Shown here: positions 12,939 to 26,379 of the stretch, in pieces | How the letters are laid out: every line of letters begins with the position of its first letter | Position numbering within the stretch: position 1 is the first letter of the stretch | Source of the DNA: Octopus sinensis | Lineage: Eukaryota | Direction of reading: 5' to 3' | NCBI RefSeq assembly: GCF_006345805.1 | Contig: NC_043009.1 | Location: 12,028,001-12,092,000, forward strand | Length of the DNA: 64,000 nt | Notes under the pieces: model-generated | Told to the model about the DNA's origin: nothing | What the model saw: the letters and a program-made list of their open reading frames with translations, nothing else | The model's database searches: none | Made by a program: the position numbers and the translations under genes

Positions 12939-13523
12939 TGTATCTATGCCCCGGGATACACTCACTTTCTGTCTCAATAAAAATGTAGCGAACATAATGT
13001 ATAACATATATTAAACGTATTGAACATTTCTCTCTCATTGGTTCGGCATAAACAAACGTAAGTACGTATGTGTATGTGTGTGTGCGTGGGGGGGGGGGCA
13101 GACAGAGAAGAGTGACAGAGGAGAGAGTGAGAGTGAAGGAGAGTGATACTTGACAAATAGTCAGAAGGAAGTTGATAGCCCAATATCAGATTAAACGCGG
13201 TAGCTACTACCTCGTTAGCTTGGCATCGTTGTTGTGTTGTGTTTTTGATGTTGTTATTGTTGCTGCCGTGGTAGTGGCGGTGGGAGGGTGTTCGTGTTGG
13301 TGTTGGTGGTGCTGAAGTGCTCCAGGTGTGCACTAATCAAGCATTGGCGGCGGTGAAGGTGATATTAATTGATGTTTTTGTTGCTTATTGATAATTTTTA
13401 CCTGTACGGGTAGCATATGTACACGTACTATACATATTATTCATGCGTGTGAGTATAAGTAGGGAACAGCTTTCCTTATGGACGTGTTTCACTCAAACTA
13501 CGACTGTTTCAGATATATACATA

Positions 13524-13966
13524 GGCCCAGGAGTGGCTGTGTGGTAAGTAGCTAGCTTACCAACCACATGGTTCCGGGTTCAGTCCCACTGCGTGGCACC
13601 TTAGGCAAGTGTCTTCTACTATAGCCTCGGGCCGACCAAAGCCTTGTGAGTGGATTTGGTAGACGGAAACTGAAAAGAAGCCCGTCATATATATGTATAT
13701 GTATATACATATGTGTGTGTGTGTGCGTGCGTGCATGCGTGTGTGTGTTTGTATGTCTGTGTTTGCCCCCCAACATCGCTTGACAACCGATGTTAGCGTG
13801 TTTACGTCCCCGTAACTTAGCGGTTCGGCAGAGGAGACTGATAGAATAAGTACTAGGCTTACAAAGAATAAGTCCCGGGATCGATTTGCTCGACTTAAAG
13901 GCGGTGCTCCAGCTTGGCCGCAGCCAAATGACTGAAACAGGTAAAAGAGTAAAAGAGAGTAAAGAG
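13524..13966 (+). mobile_element. tRNA-derived SINE family B (GGAGTGGCTGTGTGGTAAG head; internal TA/TG tract; (GTAAAAGA)n tail), full copy
   Basis: Head with GGTTCAGTCCC B-box-like motif, conserved GCCTTGTGAGTGGATTTGGTAGACGGAAACTGAAAGAAGCCCGTC domain; more than 15 copies or fragments in the window. Confidence 0.9.
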
Positions 13967-14310
13967 TATGCAAGGCGCATTCTAGAAGTTTTCGGACGTT
14001 TTCAGGAGAGACTTTTATTAATTTCCAAGTGGTACAAAACCTAAATCTTTTCCAAAGTAGGATTCCCTGACTTTAATGCACTTGTTGTGTGCCAGCCACT
14101 TCGTGAAGGACCCACGGAAATCCTCCAAAGTGAAAGTGTCCAGGATCCTTGACACAGCCTCTTTCAGCTTCTCAATGTCTTCAAAACGACTGTCCATGAA
14201 GTTTTCCTTCAGCCTGAAGAACAACCAAAAGCCATAAGGAACAAGGTTTGGACAGTAGGAATAGTAAAAAACAGTTTTTATGCCCACCAGTCTCCTTTAG
14301 AGAGACTTAG
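13967..14310 (-). mobile_element. 3' end of a mariner transposase with TIR remnant
   Basis: YCPNLVPYGFWLFFRLKENFMDSRFEDIEKLKEAV...FTKWL matches the mariner YSPDLAP-D-F-LF--LK C-terminus. Confidence 0.75.
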
Positions 14311-14419
14311 TAATTTTAATATTTCTATTATTGAAAATAAGTGGATGTATTCCACTGTAACTAGGTAAATAAAATCTTCGAACAGACGGTCAGTAGCGAC
14401 ACCTGCTGGTTCTGACTAC

Positions 14420-15260
14420 GCTGCATTTTGGGTTTTTATGAAGTAAACCCAAAATTAAAGGAAATTCTAAACATACACCAAATCATTAAAAGCTACAAAC
14501 AGCCTAAATCACTTAAAAAGATTCTCACAAAGGCAAAATTGTCTTCTAAAATTACGGATGCAAAAGTAAAAAAATGTGGTAGATCGAACTGTGCAACATG
14601 TCCTAACCTATTGGAAGGATCAGAATTCTTGTTTAAAGAGGGACAGAAATTCAAGATCAAATCTAACTTTACTTGTGCCTCTGAAAACATAATTATGTTA
14701 TTAAATGCTCGGGCTGCACACCAAGACTACGTGGGTTCCACGGGACTATCACTCAGTAGATGCACAATGCATCGACAACAGATTGCATTCCAGAATATAG
14801 AATGATACCTTTTAGTGAGCACATTGAGAAATGCGCAAAGCAACTACTGCCACAATTTTTAATCTTCCCATTTTACCAATGTGCTTTCGGATCATCAACA
14901 CAAATGAGACTGAACAAGGAAACATTCTTCATTGAAAAGTACAAACCCAGACTCAACCATCCGAACATACTGACACAGAGAAATTAACAAGGAAAAGGAA
15001 CAAAATTTTTAAGCGATTATCTCCCTTACACCGGAAGAAATCACTCACTACCTCCCCTTATTTAGAAACTCCTGGAAATAAAACACAACGATAACTCCAT
15101 GCAATATAAACATAACGTCAGAAGAAATTTGAAAAGCTACACGCGAAACCGGTAATTTTCTTTAAAGATTTTAAAATTATGTCATTTTAAGGAAAGGAAA
15201 AAAATTTTTCAATATTTCCAGACATTTTGAAACAAATATATATATTTTGTAACATTTAAG
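14420..15260 (+). mobile_element. Penelope-like element 3' fragment: GIY-YIG endonuclease plus terminal repeat
   Basis: KCGRSNCATCPNL...FTCASENII/YVIKC...YVGSTG...HRQQI...HIEKC...ETFFIEKYKPRLN (two frameshifts); degenerate hammerhead ~150 bp after the ORF end; abuts a TA-rich tract. Confidence 0.9.
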
Positions 15261-15313
15261 CCTTCTGTCGTTTTTTCACACTTACTATTTTCTTATATAT
15301 ATATAAATATATA

Positions 15314-15357
<44 letters not shown>

Positions 15358-15421
15358 TACATACATGCATACATACATACATATATACATACATACATAC
15401 ATACATAAATACATACATACA

Positions 15422-15457
<36 letters not shown>

Positions 15458-15507
15458 CATATATACATACACATATTATATACGTATATATATATATTAT
15501 ATATATA

Positions 15508-15544
<37 letters not shown>

Positions 15545-16564
15545 CAAAATAAGCAACAAGAATATCTCGGTAATTTGGTATAATCACCCATGGATTTATA
15601 TGGATAACACCATACAAAATTCTTGTGCGTCTAACTTAAGTACCATATTCATTTGAATCTAAATTTTGCTGAATTTATATATATATATATACATATATAC
15701 GACAGGTTCTTTTCAGTTTCCGGCTACCAAATCACCTCACAAGGCTTATGTCGGCTCGAGGCTATAGTAGAAGACACCTGCCCAAGGTGACACGCAGTGG
15801 GATTGAATCCGGAATAACGTGGCTGGTAAGCAAGCTTCTTATCACACAGGCCACTCCTGTATTCGCGCATGAGTTAATTGCACTCGAATTTAAAACACGT
15901 ATCAATAGCAAGTCTAATCTGTCTTTTAAGCTCTTATGTAAATCTTTCAGCACACACTATGAAGTCGAACTTGAAATTTCTTATTTGCCTAGGTTTCGGC
16001 TCCATATAGAAGAATGCCATCTGGTTGTGCCCTGGAGAAGGTCGGACTTGTTTACTGAAATATTCGATCGCTAAACGTTGTGAAGCTTGTCGCAAGTACT
16101 CTAGGCTGGTAGGGTCTCTTGTATGTATCAGGAAGTCTTTCTTACAGTCCGTGAGATAGAACCTAAGACGCATGAAGTCACTGACCACTCGAGTTATGTG
16201 CTACTGTTGGAACCAATCAACAGGCTTCTCATGAAGGGCTCAAAGCTCGTTTTGGTATGGGCAGTAGACCTATGAGATTAATGGACACATTGTTCATTTT
16301 CAAATAATTTTGTTCTGCACAGGCTTTGCTGCCCACGGCAATCTTTCTAGACACTAAGTCATATTAAATGTCGTATATTGAAGTTTTCCACATTCTAATA
16401 AAAGACGAAGACTACTTAACTATATTGATGTTACAAGCAGAGAAAGAGAGGCACACGCACAAACACACACGCACAAACACAAACACACACGCACGCACGT
16501 ACGCAAGCACACACACATGTATATATGCATGTATGTATATATATATATGTATATATAATCAAAA

Positions 16565-16700
16565 TAAGCAACAAGTATATCCAAAGTAGAGTAGTACAAT
16601 TGTTTTATGCTACTTCATTTTATTAAACACTGTAAAGTGGAATAAAATAAAGTAGCATGAAACGATCGTACCACATTACCTCGGATATACTTATTGCTTA
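16565..16700. repeat. 60 bp-arm inverted repeat (16 nt loop) in a Penelope-like terminal fragment
   Basis: Arms 16565-16624 and 16641-16700, about 50/60 matched by eye; related sequence at 15545 and 49357. Confidence 0.85.
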
Positions 16701-16813
16701 ATGTGATTATAATCACCCCCATTTCATTTATATGGATAATACCATACTAAATTCTGGTGCTTTAAACTTAAGTACCATATTCATCTGAATCTAAATTTAG
16801 CTGAACTTATATG

Positions 16814-16844
<31 letters not shown>

Positions 16845-17279
16845 ACATACATGTACATATATATACATGTGTGTGTACATGTATATGTGAATATATATAT
16901 ATATATAGATAGATGTGTATGTATATATACGCATGTGTGTGAGTGTGTGTGTTTGTGTGTGTGTGTGTGCGCGCGCGTTGTGTGTATGTGTGTACATGTA
17001 TATATGTATATATATAGATGTGTATGTATATATGTATGCATATATACGCATGTGTGTGAGTGTGTGTGTTTGTGTGTGTGTGTGTGTGCGAGCATCGCAT
17101 AGTAAAATGCATTTGTTGTTTACGGTCAGGTTTTGTAGAGGAACAGCGAAAGCACAGATGAAGAGGGAACGAGTGACAGTCCAAGACGTTAAATCTAAGA
17201 AAGGGAAAGTGGAAAAAATTATAATTTCACTTGCTGGAGTAGCAAGCATTTGTATCAGAATGGAACTGCATATTTCAAA

Positions 17280-17718
17280 CTAGTATTATAACCCGATTTC
17301 ATTCGGGTCTACTCGGGCCGCATTTTAAAGATGAGGAATTAAAAAAAAAAAATGGGGGCAAAAAGCACTCGTTTTTTCACAATGAAAACTCGTTTCCTAG
17401 TAGCCGGAATTTCGCGACAAAATGTATGTTTATTAAGCACAACAGCCTGCAGTGCATGCCGCTGGGCATTAAAAGCCAATCGCACAAACCTAGAGGGGCT
17501 CTGGGCCCCCCTTGAATTGATAAAAAAATCACTCTTTTTGCCATAGCAACCACATCTTTATAGCTTACGAATTTTAACCATCGCGGTTCTCATCCACACC
17601 ACGCATTTAGTATCCCTGCCAATTTCCAGCTCGATCCTAGCCTCCGTTTGGCCGCCATTAACCGTCAAAGCCAAATGTGTATACAATTTACGTCCAAGGA
17701 CTGTTTTATAGACATAGA
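17280..17718 (-). mobile_element. Non-autonomous Helitron-like element
   Basis: On minus strand begins A|TC and ends with a hairpin (ACCCGAATGAAATCGGGT) followed by CTAG|T. Confidence 0.65.
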
Positions 17719-17859
17719 TTAAAATTGAAAGCAAAAGACATTACGGATTGATTTAAAATGATGGAAGTCTATACACATATACAAGCAAAAACACTTACGT
17801 ACACACAAACACTTCTACACACGAACACACACACACATGCACATACATACACATGTTCA

Positions 17860-18245
17860 TTGGCATGTACATATTCTGTATTCACATGTGATGATAGACC
17901 GAAAATTACATAGGCTAATTATGAAGTAGAGGTGCTAGAGCTGTGAAATATTGGATACATCAATTCCAACTCCTATTGATAGTTGCATTGTCTCTTTCCA
18001 GGTAAGCTGACGAATCCGTGTTCAAAGAGCACTTCGAAAGTAACTAGTAGTGACTTCTTTTGAAAATGGACAAAATTTGGCACCGTCATATTATCAAGGA
18101 CCTCAAGAAAAAGGGGTTTACTCCCGCAAACATTCATGCTGGCATGGTTATTACATTAGGGGGTGGCGCTCCAGCTTTATCTACAAAGGGAAAAGTGGGC
18201 AGCTAAATTTACGAGAGGAAGGGAGTATCTTGAAGAGGATTTTAC
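17860..18245 (+). mobile_element. 5' fragment of a mariner transposon
   Basis: MDKIWHRHIIKDLKKKGFTPANIHAGMVITL...KWAAKFTRGREYLEED; homologous to 53895-54610. Confidence 0.8.
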
Positions 18246-18269
18246 TACGTATGTATATAGTAAGATATA

Positions 18270-18455
18270 TATAGACAAACTGATTAAGTCGATTATATCG
18301 ACCCCAGTGCGTAACTGGTACTTATTTAATCGACCTCGAAAGGATGAAAGGCAAAGTTGACCTCGGCGGAATTTGAATTCAGAACGTAGCGACAGACGAA
18401 ATACCGCTAAGCATTTCGCCCGGCGTGCTAACATTTTTGCTAGCTCGCCGCCTTT
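18270..18455 (-). mobile_element. SINE family A copy
   Basis: Complete head and core. Confidence 0.9.
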
Positions 18456-19067
18456 TGGAACCTGTTTCTATAAAGCCTACATCTCAAGCACGCGTATATT
18501 ATAGTGTCTGAAAAGTATCATAAAATATAATGGCTATAAATCAAAGTATAACATTTCTTTATTGCTTACTAAACAATACACCAAACTACATTAACCCTTC
18601 TATTATTACTGTTCTTTTATTATTTAACAGAAAGGCAGGTGTATATCGCCAAGCTTTACTGCACTTCTTTCATTGCCTTGAGATTTCTCAGTCGTGTGAA
18701 GCTATTAGACATCCGTTGCACTCAACAATGCACACATATGCACATTCACACGCATGTGTAATGGACTCTCCCGTCGAAGATGACGTATGAGTTTTCAGGT
18801 TTTGCTGAACGGTTTGCACAGTGTTATTCGCTTAGAGCCATCAAATATCTGTGCAGTACATCCGCTTCACTCCTGCCGTCAAAATAAAACATTTCCTATC
18901 GGGGGTTCAAGAGTACAACTTGTCAGATGTCGAAATGATCGCAGGACAAAGTAAAATGACGTGTTTTTGCTCAAGAACACAACACGCCGCACGGCCCGGA
19001 AATCGAACTCACGATCTAGCGTTCGTGAGTGCAACACCTACACCACTGAGCAACGTATTTTAATATT

Positions 19068-19114
<47 letters not shown>

Positions 19115-19115
19115 T

Positions 19116-19150
<35 letters not shown>

Positions 19151-19158
19151 GATTATTA

Positions 19159-19215
<57 letters not shown>

Positions 19216-19261
19216 CATCATCATCATCATCATCATCATCATTATTATTATTATCTTATTA

Positions 19262-19758
19262 TTGAGTGAGCGAGCAGAGCATGCCATCAAAGTGACACTG
19301 GGGTAAAATATACGAAGCCCAGTATACCCATCATGACTACCCGTCTGATAAGGGTACACCAGGCACATGCATCACAACCATATGTGCGCGACATGGTGAT
19401 CTCATATCAAGATAAACAGCACATGACCTTGCAGGTGGAGCCCAGTTAGAATTTTCTTCAGATCGAGTAACCCATCCCGCTCAAAAGGTCCCTGAATAAG
19501 GGTTGTTTAAGGACGTTGAACGAAACACCCATGTTTCCAGAGGTGAATTATTCAACCCCAAAGAATCCTTCTCAACACATGGCTATGATGCTCCCCCACT
19601 ACTTCTGCTCGTGATCAGAGATGCACATATCGTCAGCCACTAAGGGACATGCTCAACTGGTTAAGGTCAACAACTGACAAGCAAATCTGTGGTATTGAGC
19701 AGAATATTTGCTGTAGCCCATCTTTTATACCAAGACAAAACAATGTACATGATAACAC

Positions 19759-19760
<2 letters not shown>
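19262..19760 (-). mobile_element. ~540 bp (AAT)n-associated non-coding element, lacking its 5' ~50 bp
   Basis: Ends (minus strand) ...CTGCTCGCTCACTC(AAT)n; copies at 19820-20110, 29253-29818, 30735-31292, 34924-35468. Confidence 0.85.
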
Positions 19761-19816
<56 letters not shown>

Positions 19817-19819
19817 TTA

Positions 19820-20112
19820 GTGAGTGAGAGAGTAGTGCATGCCATCAAAGTGACACTGGGGTGAAATATATGAAGCCCAGTATACCCATCATGACTACTC
19901 GTCTGATTAGGGTACACCAGGCGCATGCATCACAACCATATGTGCACGACATGGTGATCTCATATCAAGATAAACAGCACATGACCTTGCAGGTTAGAAT
20001 TTTCTTCTGGTCGAGTAGCCCATCCCGCCCAAAAGGTCCCTGAATAAAGATTGTGTAAGGATGTTGAACGAACCACCCATGTTTCCAAAGGTGAATTATC
20101 CAAAATATGTTC
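19820..20112 (-). mobile_element. 3' half of the (AAT)n element fused to R4/Dong RT sequence
   Basis: Homology starts at GATAATTCACCT directly after the LINE codons GGRGLIGY. Confidence 0.8.
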
Positions 20113-22533
20113 GTATCCAATAAGTCCTCTTCCCCCTCTTTTTCTTGGTACAAACAGTCTGTCTGTGTCACTTTTTGGGTGGAGTGACCCATATCTAGTT
20201 AGTAACTTCCTTGTCTTTCTGTCTAAGCTGTTTAGTTCGTCTATTGTCCATGCGATTACCCCTGCTCCATATCGAAGGAGTGAAACCGCCCAGGTGTTGA
20301 CAGCTTCGATCTTATTACGTCCGTTTAATTTCGACTTAGGGATCAGTCTCAGTCTGCGCAAGTACTCAACCTTAAATTTTTCTGTCATTTCTTTCTCCAT
20401 CAATTTACCCATTTCCAATATCCCCAAATACTTATAGCCCGTCTCTTCTATCTCTTTCATAACCTCCCCTGACGGTATCGTTAGTCCGTCCATACATTTC
20501 AATACTAACACACCACACTTTCTCAATCCGAACTCCATTCTGATATCAACTGTATCAACGAGGGAGCTGACTTAGGTTTTATCTTTACCATAAAGTTTGA
20601 GGTCATCCATGAATAACAAATGGTTGACTTTGTTGGCGGCTTTTGAATACATAACCAGCTATTGCTTTCTTCAGAATCAGTGTCAGTGGTATTAAGCGCA
20701 GTACAAAGATCAGTGGGGATAGGCAGTCCCCTTGGAAGATGCTCCTCCTAATTTCTACTGTCCCTAAACTTCTTCCGTATGCTGTCAGGTCCGTCCTCCA
20801 ATTCGCCATACTTTTTCCAAGCAATCGCTCAACATTCGATGCAATCCCAAACAGGTTCATGCACACCATAATCCAAGAATGTGGGATCATATCGTACGCT
20901 TTACGATAGTCAATCCATGACATGGCTAAGTTACTTTTCCTCCTCTTGCAGTCTCTGAGTACAGTTTTATCTATCAGGAGTTGTGCACTAACGCTTGCAA
21001 CCCTTCTGCTCGTGTGGCAGGACTCCATTTTTTTCTAGATGTTCGTACATTGACTCTGCGAGTATTCCAGTCAATAACTTCCACATAAGTGGCAAACAGG
21101 TATCAGCCTGTAATTGTCTACCGTATTGCCTTTTTCGATGTTTTTTAGGCACAGCAATGTCAACCACTCTGGTGTTGCTTGGTCGGAATTTAACAAGGTG
21201 TTGAGTTGCGCAGGTATTCGTGCATGATATTTACCAAATCTTTTGATCCAGTAGCCTTGAACACTACCTGGTCCCGGGCCTTCCAGTTGCTCATTTTTTT
21301 GCTGAATTCCTTCACTTCCCTAACTGAAATGACTAGTTCTCTCTGTTTTGGACAGACTACTGTTTGTTTCAGGTCTTGCAACCATTCAGCATCCTTCTTA
21401 TGCTCCTTGTCTTTGCTCCAGAAGTCACTTCAAAACCTTTGACTTTTAATGTTATCTGGTATCAACTTTTCATCTGTACACCCCTATTCTGGTGGCAACC
21501 CTTCATTCTTTGGTTGTATCTCACCATCTTTGCTTTCTTTGAAACGAGGCGCTGCTTCTATTCCTCTACTACTACTTACAGGCCCTTTCTTTCAATATTA
21601 TATTTCCTTTTCAGAGCCCTGTATTTTTGTTCGCTTTTAAGCTCCCCTTTCTCTTTCCGGTCTAACACAGAGATTTCCTTCGAGAGCATGTCTAACCCTG
21701 CCTGGATTCTTCTTTTCCACCATGGATCTTTTATTTTGTCACTCCCATTGTGTTTCTTTTTCTTGACATCAACACCCACATTTTCTGCTACAACAATACT
21801 TGCTGCCTTGATCAAATTATTTGTTTCTATGATGTTTGTTCTGATGTATTTCAGAATTTCATTGACATTTTTCGTTTCTTGGTTCAATTTCCATCTATCA
21901 ACCTTTTTAAGGTTGCAAATAATGTTGCTATCATTCTCCTGTAGTCTTACCTTTATTCTGTCGTAGATGGCCTTTTGTTCATCTGTCATGTCGCTATTAG
22001 GTTTATCGTCTTCTTTTAGATCATCTATATGTCTCTCATCAAGTAAATTACCACTACTCCTTTCCTGTGCTATGAGATTACTCTTATTAGTGAGAACTGT
22101 ATTTTCGTTCTTATCTATGCTGCTTTTGTCCATGATCCATCTCTTGACAGCTTCGAGCTCTACTTCAGTAAATCAACAATTTTTCCTTATTGCTCTAGTG
22201 TGATCACATGGTCTATGTTTCGTGAGTTGAAAAAATCCCTTTTCTCTCCAATAAGCATACATACGTTGTCGGTAACCCCTAATTTGAGCACCATTTTCAT
22301 CTAACGGGTTGCTCAGGTATTAACACTCCATGACCACAGCATTAATTTGTTTGCTCCATCTACGTCGTGTGTGGTGGTCCACTCTTTCTGGATATCGACT
22401 GGCTGGAGCCGGGCCAGAATCTCTGAGCCTACCGGGTGTAACACTGTCACCATCATTGGCTTCAGTTTCACTGCCACCGTTATTCACAATATTTTGCTTT
22501 TTCATTGTCACTCATATGAGGTAGTGCTTACCT
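20113..22533 (-). mobile_element. R4/Dong-like non-LTR retrotransposon, 5' half (N-terminus and RT), decayed and 3'-truncated
   Basis: RRRWSKQINAVVMEC; NWKARD; WIDYRKAYDMIPHSW; IFQGDCLSPLIF; FMDDLKL; MEFGLRKC; GYKYLGILE; LHPKSDTDRLFVPRKRGGRGL. Preceded on the minus strand by (AAT)n(GAA)n. Confidence 0.92.
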
Positions 22534-22537
22534 GATA

Positions 22538-22630
22538 ATTCTTCTTCTTCTTCTTCTTCTTCTTCTTCTTCTTCTTCTTCTTCTTCTTCTTCTTCTTCTT
22601 CTTCTTCTTCTTCTTCTTCTTCTTCTTCTT

Positions 22631-22705
<75 letters not shown>
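22538..22705. repeat. (TTC)n then (TTA)n microsatellite
   Basis: Direct reading. Confidence 0.98.
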
Positions 22706-22706
<1 letters not shown>

Positions 22707-22719
22707 TATTATATACATC

Positions 22720-23005
22720 TCTCACAGTGGTGCTCCAGCATGACTGCAGCTGCAGTTGTCAAGCGGTGAGGGGGACAAACACCAACACAAAGACATACAC
22801 ACACAGACATACACACACACACATATGTATGTATATATACGACAGGCTTCTTTCAATTTTTGTCTACCAAATTCACTCACAAGTGTTGGTCGGTCCGAGA
22901 GTACAATAGAAGAAACTTGCTCAAGGTGCCACAGAGTGGGACTGAACCTGGAAACTCTGTATGTGGTTGGGAAGCAAACTTCTTACTACACAGCCATACC
23001 AGCGC
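22720..23005 (-). mobile_element. SINE family B copy, internally deleted
   Basis: Homology to head, central domain and tail. Confidence 0.8.
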
Positions 23006-23103
23006 TTGCAAATACAAATATATATAAATTTTTTTATCCATCGTAAGCCACTACACACATTTTTTTCTCTCCTTGTTTCTCTCCTTGTTTCTTTTTCTGT
23101 GTA

Positions 23104-23141
23104 TCTTTCTGTCGAAGAGCGTAGGCTCGAAACGTAAAAGA
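23104..23141 (+). ncRNA. Variant minimal type I hammerhead-like motif
   Basis: TCTTT-CTGTCGAA-GAGC(GTAG)GCTC-GAAA-CG-TA-AAAGA; stems I and II pair; core deviates from CUGANGA. Confidence 0.5.
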
Positions 23142-23881
23142 CTTTTTCTATTCCTGAGCGTTATACTAATACATCTGTTTGTTTTGTACACCACCTGTCT
23201 TCGTCTTTTGCGTTTTTCGTAAACTCTCCCAAGATATTATCGTTGCTGCGAACGACAGAAAAGGTTTTTACATCAGAATAATGGTTCAAAAATTGCTGAG
23301 ACAGGGGCACCGGTGAATTATCTAGCACACACGACAAATATATGTCCCATTGCGTGTTTCGTTTAGCTGTATCATAGCAGACACAATCATCGTCGTAGTT
23401 GTCATCATGGCCGTCATCAATTTGCCTTGATGCTTGGGCTAAGCGCGTGCCTGCTGGCTAGTGGCTAAAAAGCGTAAAATATATAGCTGATGCCATCAGG
23501 AAAAATGCGTGCCAAAGATGAAATTGTTTAATGAGACGTTATGAATAAAAAGTGAACCACGTTTCTGTCGTTCTTTTTGATTCGGGTACAGTTTATTCAG
23601 GTTAAATTCCTTGGAGTTCTGCGGCTGTCAACTACTGTTGCTACACGCTAAAACTCGCTAAATGTGTAGCTAGTGTCCTTATGAGAAAAAAAACTCACCA
23701 CAAAGACTAAATTCTTTCATGAGATCACGTTTCACCGAGATATCTGAGTGGTCAGTTTTTTACTGACGTCATCACTAATTGAGGATATTGCGTTCGTGCT
23801 TGTTTGGTTGATTTTGCATCGGATACAGTAATCCGCGTTCGATTTCCGGGTGTTTTGTGGCTATCAGATATTCTTCATACA

Positions 23882-23938
<57 letters not shown>

Positions 23939-24109
23939 ACAAACACACAAATGCACGCACATATATATATATATAAGACGCACAGACACTCATGCTCCCG
24001 AGGCATTGGTTAGCCACGCAATGGAACTGAACCCAAAAACCATGTGTTTGCAAAGTGAGTAACTTAACCCCACAGCCATAACTGCGCCTAAAGTGCACGC
24101 GCGCGTACG

Positions 24110-24175
<66 letters not shown>

Positions 24176-24199
24176 CAGGCATATATATATATTATATAT

Positions 24200-24248
<49 letters not shown>

Positions 24249-24277
24249 CAGGCATATATATATATATATATATATAT

Positions 24278-24333
<56 letters not shown>

Positions 24334-24974
24334 GCATAGATATATTGATAGATAGATAAATAGATAGATAGACAGACAGACAGACAGGCAGACAGGCAGA
24401 TAAAAGCTTGTGCGTGTCTGTATGCACTGACAGCGAATGTCATGACGTCATAGGAACTTGTTGAGTGTGATGATGGCGGAGGTAATAAAGTCCTTGTTGA
24501 ATGCTTTTTTCTTTTTCCCCTGGATGCTTGCGGTACTCGTGCAGTTGTAGTGTCTATTTATGTTGTTCTGTTTGGCCATTATGTACCTTTTTTTTTCTTG
24601 CTAGTCACTGTGCCATATTATGTCTACAGAACAAAGTACGAATGAGCTCTGCTGTCAGTCTGCGATGGCGGTGGTTGGTGGTCGCCAAACGGTGTGGTTG
24701 ATGCTGGTAGAGTTGGTAATGTATCAAATGATGAAGCTTGCGGTACGGTATGGCCTACATGCTTATTGTTGCGGCTGTCGCACCAGCATGTGTGTTTATG
24801 TGTTCATTGTGTGTGTGAGTGTGTGTGTTTATGTGTGTGTGAGTGTGTGTGTGTTTATGTGTGTTTGTGTGTGTGTGTGTGTGAGTGTGTTTGTGTGTGT
24901 GTATGTGTGTCTGACACAAGGATGGAAGTAGGCGTGGCCCAAGGGAATTGATACATACATACGTATATATATGG

Positions 24975-25025
<51 letters not shown>

Positions 25026-25142
25026 TATATATATATATATACATGTCTATAGATATACAGAGATTTCTAGCTTTATCCTTGCATCTGTCACCCTTTATAT
25101 ATATATATATACATACATATATATATATATATATTAATATAT

Positions 25143-25197
<55 letters not shown>

Positions 25198-25249
25198 TAT
25201 ATATATATAGATATATATATACATATATACATATATATATATGTATATA

Positions 25250-25342
25250 TATATTATATATACATACATATATATATATATACATATTTATATAAATGTA
25301 TATATATATGTATGTATACGTATATATATGTGTGTATGTGGG

Positions 25343-25375
<33 letters not shown>

Positions 25376-25611
25376 TATATATATATAATACACACACATA
25401 CATATATACGTTTCGTTTATTTCTTTCAGTCATTTGACTGCGGCCATGCTGGAGCACCGTCTTGAGTCGAGCAAATCGACCCCAGGACTTATTCTTTGCA
25501 ACCCTAGTACTTATTCTATGGGTCTCTTTTGCCGAACCGCTATGTTAAGAGGATGTAAACACACCACCATCGGTTGTCAAGCGATGTCGGGCGGACAAAT
25601 ACAGATACCCA

Positions 25612-25673
<62 letters not shown>

Positions 25674-26344
25674 TGTGAGTATATGCGTATACATGCATAC
25701 TTACATACATCCATCCATCCATACATATACAAATACATGCATACATACATACATACATACATACATACATACATACATACATACATACATACATACATCA
25801 TACATACATACATGCATGCATACATACATACATACACACACATAGATTCATACATACATACATGCATACACACACACATACATACATACATACATACAAA
25901 CATACATACATACATACATACATACGTACATACATACATTTGTGTTTATGTAAGTATGCGTGTACGCATGTATGCAAGCAAGTATGTGTACACATACGGG
26001 TGTATATATTGTATGTATTATGTATCAATATTTGTGTCCTGTTTTAATCTTTTTTTGTTTTTTGTCTTTTAAACTTTTCTATTTTCAAAACCGAATGAAA
26101 GTGAGAGAGAAAGCGAACTGAAACCTATCCGCGTCCCCTGCACCTACACCGGCTCCATGCCTCCTCCCATGCCTCCCCTCTGTTGCTGCGCTGAGGGCTT
26201 CAAGACAGCTTTTACATGTGGGGGAAATAGAGACAGCGAATGGCAGCCGAGAGTATTGAGTGACACCGAAACCCGCCTAACCCCTACCTCTTTCCCTCTT
26301 TATTCCCACTGCACTGCTTTCTTTTCGATTCCTCTCTCTTCTAG

Positions 26345-26379
<35 letters not shown>

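Noticed and set aside
15748-16188. ORFs 15748-16074 and 15934-16188 as host exons
   Set aside because: The first starts inside a SINE; no motif or convincing splice sites in either.
24620-24790. Open minus-strand frame (HTVPQASSFDTLPTLPASTTPFGDHQ...)
   Set aside because: Low complexity, no flanking splice signals I can support.
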